Translations under genes and position numbers: made by a program
Notes under the pieces: generated by a model
The model's input: the letters and a program-made list of their open reading frames with translations, nothing else
Database searches by the model: none
What the model was told of the DNA's origin: nothing
Shown here: in pieces, positions 28,441 to 39,458 of the stretch
Position numbering within the stretch: position 1 is the stretch's first letter
How the letters are laid out: each line of letters starts with the position of its first letter
Assembly: GCA_963727455.1 (NCBI GenBank)
Contig: CAVSGG010000010.1
Coordinates: forward strand, 32,001-96,000
Length of the DNA stretch: 64,000 nt
Reading direction: 5' to 3'
DNA from: Candidatus Krumholzibacteriota bacterium
GTDB taxonomy: Bacteria > Krumholzibacteriota > Krumholzibacteriia > JAJRXK01

Positions 28441-29958
28441 ATGTCGCTCAATGACAATCGCCTGGCCGAGCTGGTGCGCGCGGCGCAACGCCGCGCCGCG
28501 GGGCAAAGGAATGAGTCCGCTCTGAGCGCTGCGGCGAACGCAGACGGTGCCACCCCCGCCACCACTTCACCGCTTCGCTCTGCGAGCTTGGGGCAGGGGA
28601 TTCCCGGTGGAGGCGCTTCGGTGAACGCGGCGATGCACGGGGTCTTCACCACCCTGGACGACGCGGCGCGGGCCGCGAAGGCGGCCTTCCAGCAGTACCG
28701 CGAGTTTCCCCTGCGCCGCCGGGCGGAGATGATCGATCACATCCGCTCCCGGCTGCTGGAGCGAGTCCCGCTTCTCTCGGAGCTGGCGGTCGCCGAGACC
28801 GGGTTGGGGCGGCCCGAGGACAAGCAGATCAAGAACAGCTTGGTCATCCGCAAGACGCCCGGACCGGAAATTCTGCGCCCGGAAAGCGTGAGCGGCGACG
28901 ACGGTCTGATGCTCACCGAGTGGGCGCCCTACGGAGTGATCGGATCGATCACCCCGGTGACCAATCCCAGCGAAACCATCATCAACAACGGCATCGCCAT
29001 GCTCGCAGCCGGGAACACCGTGGTCTTCAATCCGCATCCCTCCGCCAAGAACGTATCCCGCCTCGCCATGTCAATCATGAACGAGGCGGCCCTGGAAGTG
29101 GGGGCGCCCAAGAATCTGCTCTGTTGCGTCAAGGACCCCACGCTCGAAACCGCACAGGCACTGATGCACCACAAGGCGGTGCGCCTGCTCGTGGTCACCG
29201 GCGGTCCTGGAGTGGTACGCGCTGCCCTGGACTCGGGAAAGAAGTGCATCACGGGGGGGCCGGGGAATCCGCCGGCGGTGGTCGACGAAACCGCGGACAT
29301 TGCCAAGGCGGCTCGCGACATCACGCTGGGCGGAGGTCTGGACAACGGGATCATCTGTACCTGTGAAAAAGAAATCATCGTGGTGAAGTCGGTAAAGGAC
29401 GCGCTCCTTCAGGAGCTGCAGCGCTGTGGGAACCGGATCCTCAACAGCGACGAAATTGCGCGCGTGGAAAAGGTGATCTTCGAGGAAACGAGAGGTCCCA
29501 GAAAAAAGGCCGTCATCAACCGTGAGTGGGTGGGGAAGACAGCGCGCACGATCTTGGCCAAGATCGGAGTCGAGGTTCCCCAGAGCTGCCGCCTCGCCAT
29601 CCTCCCCGTCCCCGTGGAACATCCTCTCTTGTGGACCGAACAGCTCATGCCGATGATGCCGCTGTGCGAGGTCGATGACGCGGAAGAGGCGATGCGTCTG
29701 GCAGTGGAGATGGAAGCTGGAAACGGCCACACCTTCGTGATGCACAGTCGGCGCGTGGATCGCCTGGGCAAGATGGCGCGCATGTGCAACGCTTCCATCT
29801 TCGTGAAGAACGGACCCAACTTCGCCGGTCTCGGGGAGGGGGGAGAAGGATTCACCTCCTTCACCATCGCCACTCCCACCGGCGAAGGACTCACCGATCC
29901 GCGTTCTTTCTCCCGACTTCGGCGTTGCACCCTCGTGGGTGAATTCAGAATCGTCTAG
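28441..29958 (+). CDS. CoA-acylating aldehyde dehydrogenase (EutE/PduP family) with N-terminal extension
   Basis: ETGLGR-EDK, PYGVIGSITPVTNP, VTGGPGVV, GPGNPP, DNGIICTCEK (catalytic Cys), TIATPTGEG. Confidence 0.95.
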   Translation: MSLNDNRLAELVRAAQRRAAGQRNESALSAAANADGATPATTSPLRSASLGQGIPGGGASVNAAMHGVFTTLDDAARAAKAAFQQYREFPLRRRAEMIDHIRSRLLERVPLLSELAVAETGLGRPEDKQIKNSLVIRKTPGPEILRPESVSGDDGLMLTEWAPYGVIGSITPVTNPSETIINNGIAMLAAGNTVVFNPHPSAKNVSRLAMSIMNEAALEVGAPKNLLCCVKDPTLETAQALMHHKAVRLLVVTGGPGVVRAALDSGKKCITGGPGNPPAVVDETADIAKAARDITLGGGLDNGIICTCEKEIIVVKSVKDALLQELQRCGNRILNSDEIARVEKVIFEETRGPRKKAVINREWVGKTARTILAKIGVEVPQSCRLAILPVPVEHPLLWTEQLMPMMPLCEVDDAEEAMRLAVEMEAGNGHTFVMHSRRVDRLGKMARMCNASIFVKNGPNFAGLGEGGEGFTSFTIATPTGEGLTDPRSFSRLRRCTLVGEFRIV

Positions 29959-29966
29959 GGGGAGAA

Positions 29967-30575
29967 GTGGACACGACTTCTCTGGGTCTGATCGAGTGCG
30001 GAAGTCTCGCCCGCGGCTCTCTGGTCTGCGATGCGATGCTCAAGACCGCGCACGTTCATCTCCTCATGGCCAGCCCGGTCACTCCGGGAAAATTGCTCAT
30101 CGGAATCAACGGAGCGATCGCGGAAGTCGAAGCCGCGATGGAGAAGGGTCTGCAGGTTTGCGACGAGCAGCTCGTGGATGCGCTCTTCTTGCCCCGAGTG
30201 CACGCGGAGCTCGCGCGCGCATTTCATAGCTCCCTTCCCGCCGGCGGAGTGGCGGCAATGGGAGTGGTGGAGACGGCCTCCGTGTCTTCCGCGCTGCGCG
30301 CAGCCGACGCTTCGCTGAAAGCGGCCCAAGTACGACTGCTTTCCCTGCGACTCGGCGCGGGCATCGGCGGCAAGGCGGTGTATCACCTCTCGGGAGAGGT
30401 GGCCGACGTGGAGGCTGCGGTGGAGGCCGGGGTGGGCGCGATCCGGATTTCCAGTCTTCTGGTGCAAACCGCGATTCTGCCCCGCCCGCATCCCGATTTC
30501 GCGGCCTACCTCGATGGGGGCGCCGGCCAGGAGACCCCGCCGCGTGGCGTGGTGGCTCTCGAAGAGGAGGACTAG
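29967..30575 (+). CDS. Tandem-domain BMC shell protein (BMC-T, PduT-like)
   Basis: Two BMC domains: DAMLKTA...PGK and GVVET...AADASLKAA...GIGGK...ILPRPH. Confidence 0.92.
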   Translation: MDTTSLGLIECGSLARGSLVCDAMLKTAHVHLLMASPVTPGKLLIGINGAIAEVEAAMEKGLQVCDEQLVDALFLPRVHAELARAFHSSLPAGGVAAMGVVETASVSSALRAADASLKAAQVRLLSLRLGAGIGGKAVYHLSGEVADVEAAVEAGVGAIRISSLLVQTAILPRPHPDFAAYLDGGAGQETPPRGVVALEEED

Positions 30576-30576
30576 G

Positions 30577-30885
30577 GTGCAGCTGGCGCGCGTCGTGGGC
30601 ACCTGTGTCGCCACCCGGAAGACCCCGGGGCTCGCGGGACAGCGATTGCTCTTGATCCAACCTCTCGACTTCGCGCTGCAGGACAAGGGCCGGATCGCCG
30701 TCGCGGCGGACACCGTTTCGGCCGGTCCCGAGGAGATCGTGTGGTTCGTTCGCAGCCGCGAGGCGGCCAACAGCCTGCAAGATCCTTTCAACCCGGTGGA
30801 TTGCGCGATCGTGGGGATTCTGGACGAGTTGGAAATGCTGCACGAGGACCGCATGCGGCGCGTCTTTCCGGTGGGGGACTCATGA
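30577..30885 (+). CDS. BMC vertex pentamer (EutN/CcmL family) 2
   Basis: GTG after GAGGAGG; ARVVGTCVATRK, AADTVSAGPEE, SREAA, PVDCAIVGILD. Confidence 0.93.
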   Translation: MQLARVVGTCVATRKTPGLAGQRLLLIQPLDFALQDKGRIAVAADTVSAGPEEIVWFVRSREAANSLQDPFNPVDCAIVGILDELEMLHEDRMRRVFPVGDS

Positions 30886-31163
30886 GAGTCGCGCGTGTAG
30901 TGGGGACGGTGGTGGGTAGCGTGAAACATCCTCAGATGCACGGACGCCGCCTCCTGGTGCTGCAACCGCTTCGCTTGGGTGGACTCTCCGGCGGAGATCC
31001 TCTCATCGCGGTGGATGTGATCGGGGTCGGGGTGGGTGAGGAGGTCCTCTTCGTGGACGACGGAGCCGCCGCAAGGACGATTTTGGGCAGTGCGGGCCCG
31101 GTGCGGACCGTGGTGGTGGGGGTCGTCGACGAGGCCAAGGTGGAGGGCAGCTCAGGGGCCTGA
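30882..31163 (+). CDS. BMC vertex pentamer (EutN/CcmL family) 3
   Basis: ATGA overlap with the previous gene; ARVVGTVVGSVKH, AVDVIGVGVGE, DGAAAR, VVGVVD. Confidence 0.93.
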   Translation: MRVARVVGTVVGSVKHPQMHGRRLLVLQPLRLGGLSGGDPLIAVDVIGVGVGEEVLFVDDGAAARTILGSAGPVRTVVVGVVDEAKVEGSSGA

Positions 31164-31164
31164 T

Positions 31165-31199
31165 CGGGCCAAGTTCAATTTAGGCATTGACTTGGCTCG
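31165..31199 (+). terminator. Inverted repeat directly after the BMC operon (possible terminator or operator)
   Basis: CGGGCCAAG(T)TCAAT...ATTGACTTGGCTCG; no clear U-tract. Confidence 0.35.
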
Positions 31200-31322
31200 G
31201 GCCGACTGCTATCACTTCTTAGACTTGGATGCGTTTTCAGCATGGCGGGGTATGCTCTCTTGCCCTCGCTCTCATGAGAGAGAAGGCGCTACGGAGAATC
31301 TGAAGTAAGGGAGTTTGAATCC

Positions 31323-31679
31323 ATGACCAAGGCCGAGCTCGTCGAGATGATCGCGCAAGGAACGGGTCTTTCGAAGAAGGACACCGGAGTGGTCGTGGAT
31401 CTCATCCTGGAGAATGTCTCGCGGGCCCTCTGCGAGGGCGACAAGGTGGAACTGCGCGGATTCGGCAGTTTCAAGGTGAAGGAGAGACGCTCGCGCAAGG
31501 CGCGCAATCCACGGACCGGCGATGCGGTGGAGGTGCCCTCCAAACTGGTGCCCTATTTCAAGGCCTCCAACGAGCTGAAAGCGCTCGTGGACGGCTCGCA
31601 AGAGGACCATTCCGGCCTCGCGCAGGGGCAATACACCGCGCCTGGCGGCGCGGGCCAGGGCCCGGCCAGACCGTTCTAA
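31323..31679 (+). CDS. HU/integration host factor family DNA-binding protein
   Basis: MTKAELV, VELRGFGSF, RKARNPRTG, VPYFKAS. Confidence 0.95.
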   Translation: MTKAELVEMIAQGTGLSKKDTGVVVDLILENVSRALCEGDKVELRGFGSFKVKERRSRKARNPRTGDAVEVPSKLVPYFKASNELKALVDGSQEDHSGLAQGQYTAPGGAGQGPARPF

Positions 31680-31817
31680 GTCCAAGCAGCCGGGCGTACC
31701 GGAGTCACGCGCGATGGAGCTGTGCTCCCACGCGGCGGCCACCTGCCTTGCGGTGGGTGGCGTTTTATCGTTATCTGCGGCTTCTTTGACGAGTCGCAAC
31801 TTGGAGGTCAGGCTGAG

Positions 31818-31913
31818 ATGCCCAGCGGGAAGAAGCGGAAGCGCAAGAAGATTGCCACCCACAAGCGCAAGAAGCGCCTGCGGAAGAACCGGCACAAGAA
31901 GAAGAACAAGTAG
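31818..31913 (+). CDS. AURKAIP1/COX24-domain small basic protein (30S ribosomal protein bS22-like), 31 aa
   Basis: SD GGAGGT; MPSGKKRKRKKIATHKRKKRLRKNRHKKKNK. Confidence 0.85.
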   Translation: MPSGKKRKRKKIATHKRKKRLRKNRHKKKNK

Positions 31914-31936
31914 AGACCGGCAGGTAGGGTTGCGTC

Positions 31937-34114
31937 GTGGATTGGGAACTCGAGATCTTGCGTTTTCTCGAGAGGCGTCCGCATCGTAGCTTCAAACTCA
32001 AAGCTCTGGCGCGCTCTCTTCGGGTTCCGCGCCACCAATACCGCGCGTTCCGCCGTCAAGCGCTACAAATGGCCACGGACGGCAAGATCGCCCGGCAACC
32101 ACGCCGGAGAGTGCAAGCGCTCTCCGGCGCCCTCGTGCTCAAGGGCGAAGTGGAAGGTGGCGAGGGCCTCGGGGTGCGCGTGGTCCTCTCCGACGGCGCC
32201 TCGCTTCCCCTGCGAGAAGAGGATCTCGCTTCGGTCGTGGCGGGCGATCGGGTGGAAGTCTCGCGCCGGAAGATCGAGGGAGTAGCGACGGCGATTTTGC
32301 GCCGGGTCTTGCGGGCCCAGGCGCGCGAGGTCCTGGGAAGTTTGCTCGCCGTAGGGAGTCGCTTCGTTCTCATTCCGGAAAGGAAAATTCCCGGGCTTTC
32401 CGGCGGGTTTTTCGTGGCAGAAGACATCCGCGTGAAGCCCGAGTGGGCCGATCAATTGGCCCTGGGCGAAATCGCCGCGTTCGATCCCGCGACCGAACGA
32501 CCAGAGGTGAAGAAACTCACCCTCCTGGGGCCGGCCGAGATGCCCAAGCCCGCCATGGAGAAACGTATCGCGAGCGAGGGCTGGCCGCGCCGCTTCAGCG
32601 AGCGGGCTCTGAGCGAGGCGAATGCGCAACCCGATCCTCTCACCACCCGCGTCGATCTCACCGGGCTCTTGATCTTGAGCATCGATCCACACGATGCCAA
32701 GGATCACGACGACGCCGTCTCGCTGGAAGTGCTCGACGAAGGAAAGGTGCGGCTGGGAGTGCACATCGCGGACGTAGCTTCGCGAGTGCGTCCCCACACC
32801 AGCTTGGACCAGGAAGCGCGCGCCCGCGCCACCAGCGTTTATCCACCGGGCCAGGTTCTGCCCATGTTGCCCGAATCCCTGTCTTCGCAAGCGTGCAGCC
32901 TGCACCACGAGGTGGAGCGGGACGCATTCACCGTGTTTCTGGAGTACGACAGGCAGGCGCAGCGCATACGAGTGGCGCTGGGACCCTCATGCATCAAGAG
33001 CCGCGCGTCTCTCTCGTATCGTCAGGCCCAAGCACTCTTGGAAAAGGACGGTCCGCCTCCTCCGGCCGATAGGCTCGCCAGCGATCTGCAAACGCAACAG
33101 CTCCAGGAGAGCCTGCAGAAGATGTTCGCTCTCGCGCAAAAGTTGCGCGCGAAGCGCGAAGAAAACGGTTCGCTCTTCGTCGAGCGACCCGAGTACGAAG
33201 TCGAATTCGACAGCAGTGGCCACGTCGAGGCACTTCGTGAGAAAACTCCCTTGAGCACGCACTGGATCATCGAGGAATTCATGCTGGAGGCGAATCGTGC
33301 GGTAGCAGAGACGCTTCACTCGGCAGCTCTTCCCCTGCTTTGGCGCGTGCACGAGGACCCGGATGAGATGAAAGTCTCCGAGCTCGTCGGCACGCTGAAG
33401 GAACTGGGCGTGGATTGGTATCCCGACGAGCCGGTGGCGGGCAAGGACTACCAGGATCTATTTCGCCGGGTGAAGGGGAGCCGTCTGGAATCCCTCGTTT
33501 CGCTTTTGGCCCTGCGTTCGCTCATGCGCGCTTCGTATCGCCGAGGTCGCGGTAAGCACTTCGGATTGGCCTTCGATTTCTACACCCATTTCACCTCTCC
33601 CATTCGGCGCTATCCCGATCTGCAGAATCAGCGCTGGTTGCACGCGCTGGTAGCGCGCAAGGGTGGCTGGTTGAACGACGCGCTGAAGGACGCTCGCTCC
33701 CTCGCACAGGAGTCCCTGGCCGAAGCCGCGGATTGGGAGGAGACCCTGCGGCTGGCCGAGCACTGCAGCCAGCAGGAGCGACGCGCCACCTTTCTCGAAC
33801 GGGATTGCCGGGACATCTGTGCCGCCGACTGGCTGGCCGAACGGGTTGGAGAAGAGTGGGAGGGGATCATCACCGGGGTCGTTCGCAGCGGTCTCTTCGT
33901 GGAGCTGCGAGGCTGCGGGATGGACGGATTCGTGAGTGTTGATCAGCTTTCGGGGGACTGGTATACCTACGACGAAAGGCGGAATTGTCTGCTGGGCGAA
34001 CGCACTGGGAAACGCTATGGTCTCGGTCAGCCGGTGCAGGTCTTGCTAAGCCACGTCGATGTGCCCACGGGCCGGGTCTGGCTGCGGGACCTCAAGAAGG
34101 TGCCGGCGCGCTGA
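31937..34114 (+). CDS. rnr: Ribonuclease R / RNB-family exoribonuclease
   Basis: SIDPHDAKDHDDA, IEEFMLEAN, HFGLA--YTHFTSPIRRYPDL, C-terminal S1 domain. Confidence 0.88.
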   Translation: MDWELEILRFLERRPHRSFKLKALARSLRVPRHQYRAFRRQALQMATDGKIARQPRRRVQALSGALVLKGEVEGGEGLGVRVVLSDGASLPLREEDLASVVAGDRVEVSRRKIEGVATAILRRVLRAQAREVLGSLLAVGSRFVLIPERKIPGLSGGFFVAEDIRVKPEWADQLALGEIAAFDPATERPEVKKLTLLGPAEMPKPAMEKRIASEGWPRRFSERALSEANAQPDPLTTRVDLTGLLILSIDPHDAKDHDDAVSLEVLDEGKVRLGVHIADVASRVRPHTSLDQEARARATSVYPPGQVLPMLPESLSSQACSLHHEVERDAFTVFLEYDRQAQRIRVALGPSCIKSRASLSYRQAQALLEKDGPPPPADRLASDLQTQQLQESLQKMFALAQKLRAKREENGSLFVERPEYEVEFDSSGHVEALREKTPLSTHWIIEEFMLEANRAVAETLHSAALPLLWRVHEDPDEMKVSELVGTLKELGVDWYPDEPVAGKDYQDLFRRVKGSRLESLVSLLALRSLMRASYRRGRGKHFGLAFDFYTHFTSPIRRYPDLQNQRWLHALVARKGGWLNDALKDARSLAQESLAEAADWEETLRLAEHCSQQERRATFLERDCRDICAADWLAERVGEEWEGIITGVVRSGLFVELRGCGMDGFVSVDQLSGDWYTYDERRNCLLGERTGKRYGLGQPVQVLLSHVDVPTGRVWLRDLKKVPAR

Positions 34115-34139
34115 TGGGCTCAGTCAAAAGAGGTATGGC

Positions 34140-34526
34140 ATGAACGAGCGGCCGGCAGTGGAACGCCGTAAATCGGAACGCTACGACGCGCACCTGAACT
34201 TGAAGGTGCACTTCGGAGCCGAGGACCTCGACGAGCAACTCGATGGCATCGCGACCATCAACGTGTCCGCTTCCGGACTCTATTTCGAGAGCAAAAAGTG
34301 GATCGAGCCCATGACCAAATTGGCTCTGAGCTTCGATGTCCCCGTCGATCCCAACGACGGGTCGAAGCTGGAGGAAGTGGCGTGTGAGGGCATCGTCGTG
34401 CGGGTTGCACCGGAAGAGGAGGACCCGGCGGTCCCCAGCTACGAAATTGCCGTGTTCTTCACCACCATCGACGCCGAGAGCCTGCATCACCTGGAAAGCT
34501 ATCTGAGCGTCCGTCTGAGCGCCTGA
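34140..34526 (+). CDS. Stand-alone PilZ-domain protein
   Basis: RxxxR (RKSER) and NVSASG c-di-GMP motifs; ATG after AAGAGG. Confidence 0.85.
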   Translation: MNERPAVERRKSERYDAHLNLKVHFGAEDLDEQLDGIATINVSASGLYFESKKWIEPMTKLALSFDVPVDPNDGSKLEEVACEGIVVRVAPEEEDPAVPSYEIAVFFTTIDAESLHHLESYLSVRLSA

Positions 34527-34653
34527 TTCCAGCGGCTTGCGCGAATTTTGCGGCGGGGAAATCCCTAGACCGCCTATCTTCCCCATGGTAAAAAACAGGC
34601 CAGGATCGAGTCCCGGGAGCTGAGCTTCGGCCCGACCCGAGAGCAGGAGTGCC

Positions 34654-36351
34654 GTGAGCATTGAACCTACCATGCAGGGCCACAGAACCCTGGCCGCGGA
34701 GCTGAAGGACGCCCGTGCGGAGCTGGCGGCGGCGCACCGCGAGCTGCAGGGAAGAGTTGCGCAGCTGGTGATGCTCTACCGCATCGGACGCGATCTCTCC
34801 AACCACAGCAACTGGGATGAGGCCCTGGGGCGGCTCCTCAGCTCGCTCAAGAGCTTCCTCTCGGCCAAGGGCGCGGGGTTGCTTCTTTGCAGCTCGGGAG
34901 GCAAGACCGTACAGGCGCGCCGCGTGGACGGACTCAGCGGCGAATTGGTGGAGAGAGCTTGCCATGGACTTTCGAGCCTGCCGCCTCGTCGAGAGGACGA
35001 GCCCTATCTTCTGGCCCTCTCGGACATGATGGAGCACCGGCCGGTCCCCTGCGTGGATCGAAAGAAACCGTGGGACGAGACGGTCGTTCCGCTACGGCAC
35101 CGCGATCACGACTTGGGATATCTCCTTCTGGAAAAGCACTACGAGAATGGCGAGTCCATCGCGCGCGACATCTACTTTCTCATCACCATCCAGACCATTC
35201 TCACCGAGGAGGTCGCGGGAGCGCAGGCGGTCAGCGAGCTGCGCAAGTTGCAGCGCTTCCAAGAGCGCACGCTGGACGAGGTGGCAAGTGCCATCGTCAC
35301 CTTCGACGAGAACGGGCGCCGGCTCTACGCCAACCGCAAGGGAAGAGAACTTCTGGGAGAAGAGGATCGCGAGCGGTCGAACCTGCGCATGGGGGGTGAG
35401 GCGGTGGAGCTCTCGGGCTGGGCCGCCCAGGCCGAGGTGGGAGCGCAGCTGGTGGGCGAGGGCTGGCTGAGCTTGCCCGAGGGGGAGTCGATTCCCGTCT
35501 CCCTGCGCGCCACGCGCATAGCGGCGGAAATGCCCGGCGAGCAACATCTGGTGGTGATCTTGGAGGACCAGCGTGCCATGCGCGCACTGGAGATCGAGCG
35601 GCGCCGGGTCTCGCGTCAGCAGGCCGATCTCATCATGGCTGCCGAATGGGCGCACGACGTGCGGACTCCGCTGACGGGGATTCTCCACAGCGCGGAGCTC
35701 TTGTGCGACGCGCTTCCGGAAGATTCCAAGAAGCGGAGACACTTCGAGGTCGTACGGACCGAGGTCGGGCGGATCAACGGACTGGTATCCAATTTCCTGG
35801 ACTTCGCGCGCCCGGTGGTGCTCAAACGCAGCCGCATCGACCTGAGCGCCTTCTGCAGGGAGCTGGTGGAATTCATGCAGGGCGCGGCGGACAAGCGTGG
35901 GCTCAGCCTGCGCTTCGTCGAAGCGAAGGCCGGACTCGAACTCGATGCGGATCCTAGTCAGCTCAAGCAAGTCCTCTTGAATCTGCTGGAGAACGCTTTC
36001 GATGCATCTCCCTTGGGAGGAGAAGTCCTCCTGCGTTTGGACGAAGAGCTGCCGCCGGCCGAGATTCTCGCGCAGCGCTCCACCTCCAAAGTGATCGTCC
36101 TCGAAGTGGAAGATTCGGGAGACGGGGTTCCTCCCGAGGAGATCGAGCGACTCTTCGTGCCCTTCTACACCACCAAGTCTCAGGGCACCGGTCTGGGCTT
36201 GGCGATTTCCGAGAAGGTAATTCGTGCGCACCACGGACACCTTCGTTACCTGCGGCGTGCCGGACGCACCGTCCTGCGCGCGATCATTCCCAAGAGCTCG
36301 ACCGGCGCGGCGAAACGCGGCAGGGCGTCGAAGCTCGAAGCGAGAGGCTGA
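34654..36351 (+). CDS. Cytoplasmic sensor histidine kinase (GAF-like, PAS, HisKA, HATPase)
   Basis: AHDVRTPL H-box, NLLENA, VEDSGDG, FYTTK, GTGLGL; no TM segment. Confidence 0.9.
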   Translation: MSIEPTMQGHRTLAAELKDARAELAAAHRELQGRVAQLVMLYRIGRDLSNHSNWDEALGRLLSSLKSFLSAKGAGLLLCSSGGKTVQARRVDGLSGELVERACHGLSSLPPRREDEPYLLALSDMMEHRPVPCVDRKKPWDETVVPLRHRDHDLGYLLLEKHYENGESIARDIYFLITIQTILTEEVAGAQAVSELRKLQRFQERTLDEVASAIVTFDENGRRLYANRKGRELLGEEDRERSNLRMGGEAVELSGWAAQAEVGAQLVGEGWLSLPEGESIPVSLRATRIAAEMPGEQHLVVILEDQRAMRALEIERRRVSRQQADLIMAAEWAHDVRTPLTGILHSAELLCDALPEDSKKRRHFEVVRTEVGRINGLVSNFLDFARPVVLKRSRIDLSAFCRELVEFMQGAADKRGLSLRFVEAKAGLELDADPSQLKQVLLNLLENAFDASPLGGEVLLRLDEELPPAEILAQRSTSKVIVLEVEDSGDGVPPEEIERLFVPFYTTKSQGTGLGLAISEKVIRAHHGHLRYLRRAGRTVLRAIIPKSSTGAAKRGRASKLEARG

Positions 36352-36355
36352 TGGA

Positions 36356-37771
36356 ATGTCTCCAAAGAACGTGATTCTGATTTGCGACGACCAGGCGACG
36401 ATTCGCACTTCGCTCAAGGAGACTCTGAGTGAGGCCGGCCACGAAGTTCTGGAGGCCGCCGACGGTGCGTCTGCCTTGAAGATTCTCGGCGAGCGGCAGC
36501 CCCACTTGGTTTTGCTCGACCTAAAACTTCCTGACACGAGTGGGGTGGAAGTGCTGCGCAAGGTGCGGGATTCGGGAAGCAAGGTGCCGGTGATCTTGAT
36601 GACCGCGTACGGAGATCTTCCGACCGCGGTGGAGGCGATGAAACTCGGCGCCTACGATTTCGTGCAGAAGCCGTATCGCCTTTCCGACATGCGGGCCAAG
36701 GTCAGTGGCGCGCTCAAGGTGCAGAGCCGCGCCAAAGAGCGGGTCCGCAACGGCGGCGATGCCATGGGCGGGCGCTACCTCGCCATGCTTCGCACGACTC
36801 CCTGCATGGAGGACATCGTCAAGAAAATCGAGAAGGTGGGCAAGAGCCGCGCGGGCAACGAAATTTCGGTGCTCATCCAGGCCGAGAGCGGTTGTGGAAA
36901 GGAGCTCGTGGCTCGAGCCATCCACGAGGTGAGTCATCCCGGTGCTCCGTTCATGGAGATCAACTGCGCGGCGGTTCCGGAGAGTCTCCTGGAGAGCGAG
37001 CTGTTCGGACACGAAAAGGGCGCTTTCACCGACGCGCGCAGCGCCAAGGAAGGACTCTTCGAACTGGCCGGACAGGGCACGATCTTCCTGGACGAAATCG
37101 GAGAGATGGGCGTGACTTTGCAGAGCCGATTGCTGCGCGTGATCGAATATGGGCGGTTTCGACGGGTGGGCGGTAAGAGCGACAAGGAGGTCAAGGCGCG
37201 CATCGTGGCCGCGACGAACCGGCAACTGGACAAGGCGATCGAGAACGGGCTTTTCCGCAACGATCTCTACTATCGCCTCCAGGTGATCGAGGTGAAAATC
37301 CCGCCGCTGAGAGAACGCCCGGGCGATCTGCGCCATTTGGTGAACGTCTTCATCGAGAACTTCAACGAGGAATTGGAACTCTCGTGTAGGCCGGCCTCCG
37401 ACGCGTTGCTGGAGGTTCTGCAGTCCTATCCCTGGCCGGGGAACGTGCGCGAGCTGAGGAACATGATTCGCCGTCTCATGATCTTGGAAGAACCCGAAGA
37501 GATCACGGTGGAAATCTTGCCCGAACACGTGCGGGCCGGAGTGAATCCGCGCGACGGACTGGCCAATGACGTGCACCGCATCGGGAGGGAGATTCTGCCC
37601 CTGGCGGCGGTCGAGAGAATCCAGCTTTTGTATACCCTGGATCAGGTGGGGCAGAACAAGAGCAAGGCGGCGCGCATCCTGGGGATTTCCCGGCAGACTC
37701 TGCGGGAGAAGCTGAAGAGTTACCAGACCCAGGAAGTGGAGGAGCCGAAGTCCGGGGAAGCTCGAGCCTGA
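36356..37771 (+). CDS. NtrC-family sigma54-dependent response regulator
   Basis: REC domain (ICDD, LLDLKLP, QKP); ESELFGHEKGAFTDA; WPGNVREL; Fis-type HTH. Confidence 0.93.
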   Translation: MSPKNVILICDDQATIRTSLKETLSEAGHEVLEAADGASALKILGERQPHLVLLDLKLPDTSGVEVLRKVRDSGSKVPVILMTAYGDLPTAVEAMKLGAYDFVQKPYRLSDMRAKVSGALKVQSRAKERVRNGGDAMGGRYLAMLRTTPCMEDIVKKIEKVGKSRAGNEISVLIQAESGCGKELVARAIHEVSHPGAPFMEINCAAVPESLLESELFGHEKGAFTDARSAKEGLFELAGQGTIFLDEIGEMGVTLQSRLLRVIEYGRFRRVGGKSDKEVKARIVAATNRQLDKAIENGLFRNDLYYRLQVIEVKIPPLRERPGDLRHLVNVFIENFNEELELSCRPASDALLEVLQSYPWPGNVRELRNMIRRLMILEEPEEITVEILPEHVRAGVNPRDGLANDVHRIGREILPLAAVERIQLLYTLDQVGQNKSKAARILGISRQTLREKLKSYQTQEVEEPKSGEARA

Positions 37772-37834
37772 TGCGCCGAGGCTCGCCGGCGAAAGGCGAC
37801 TTCGGACTATCATCTTTCCCGCGACGGAGACGAC

Positions 37835-39334
<1,500 letters not shown>

Positions 39335-39458
39335 GCCAGCGCGAGCTCGGATCCGGGCTGGCGCGCACGGGGGCGCGCACGGTATACTCTCTCTAGCTGC
39401 CAATCACTTGCTGGAAATCGACCCCTGTAGAATTTGGCGTCCCTTTTGGGGAGGAACT

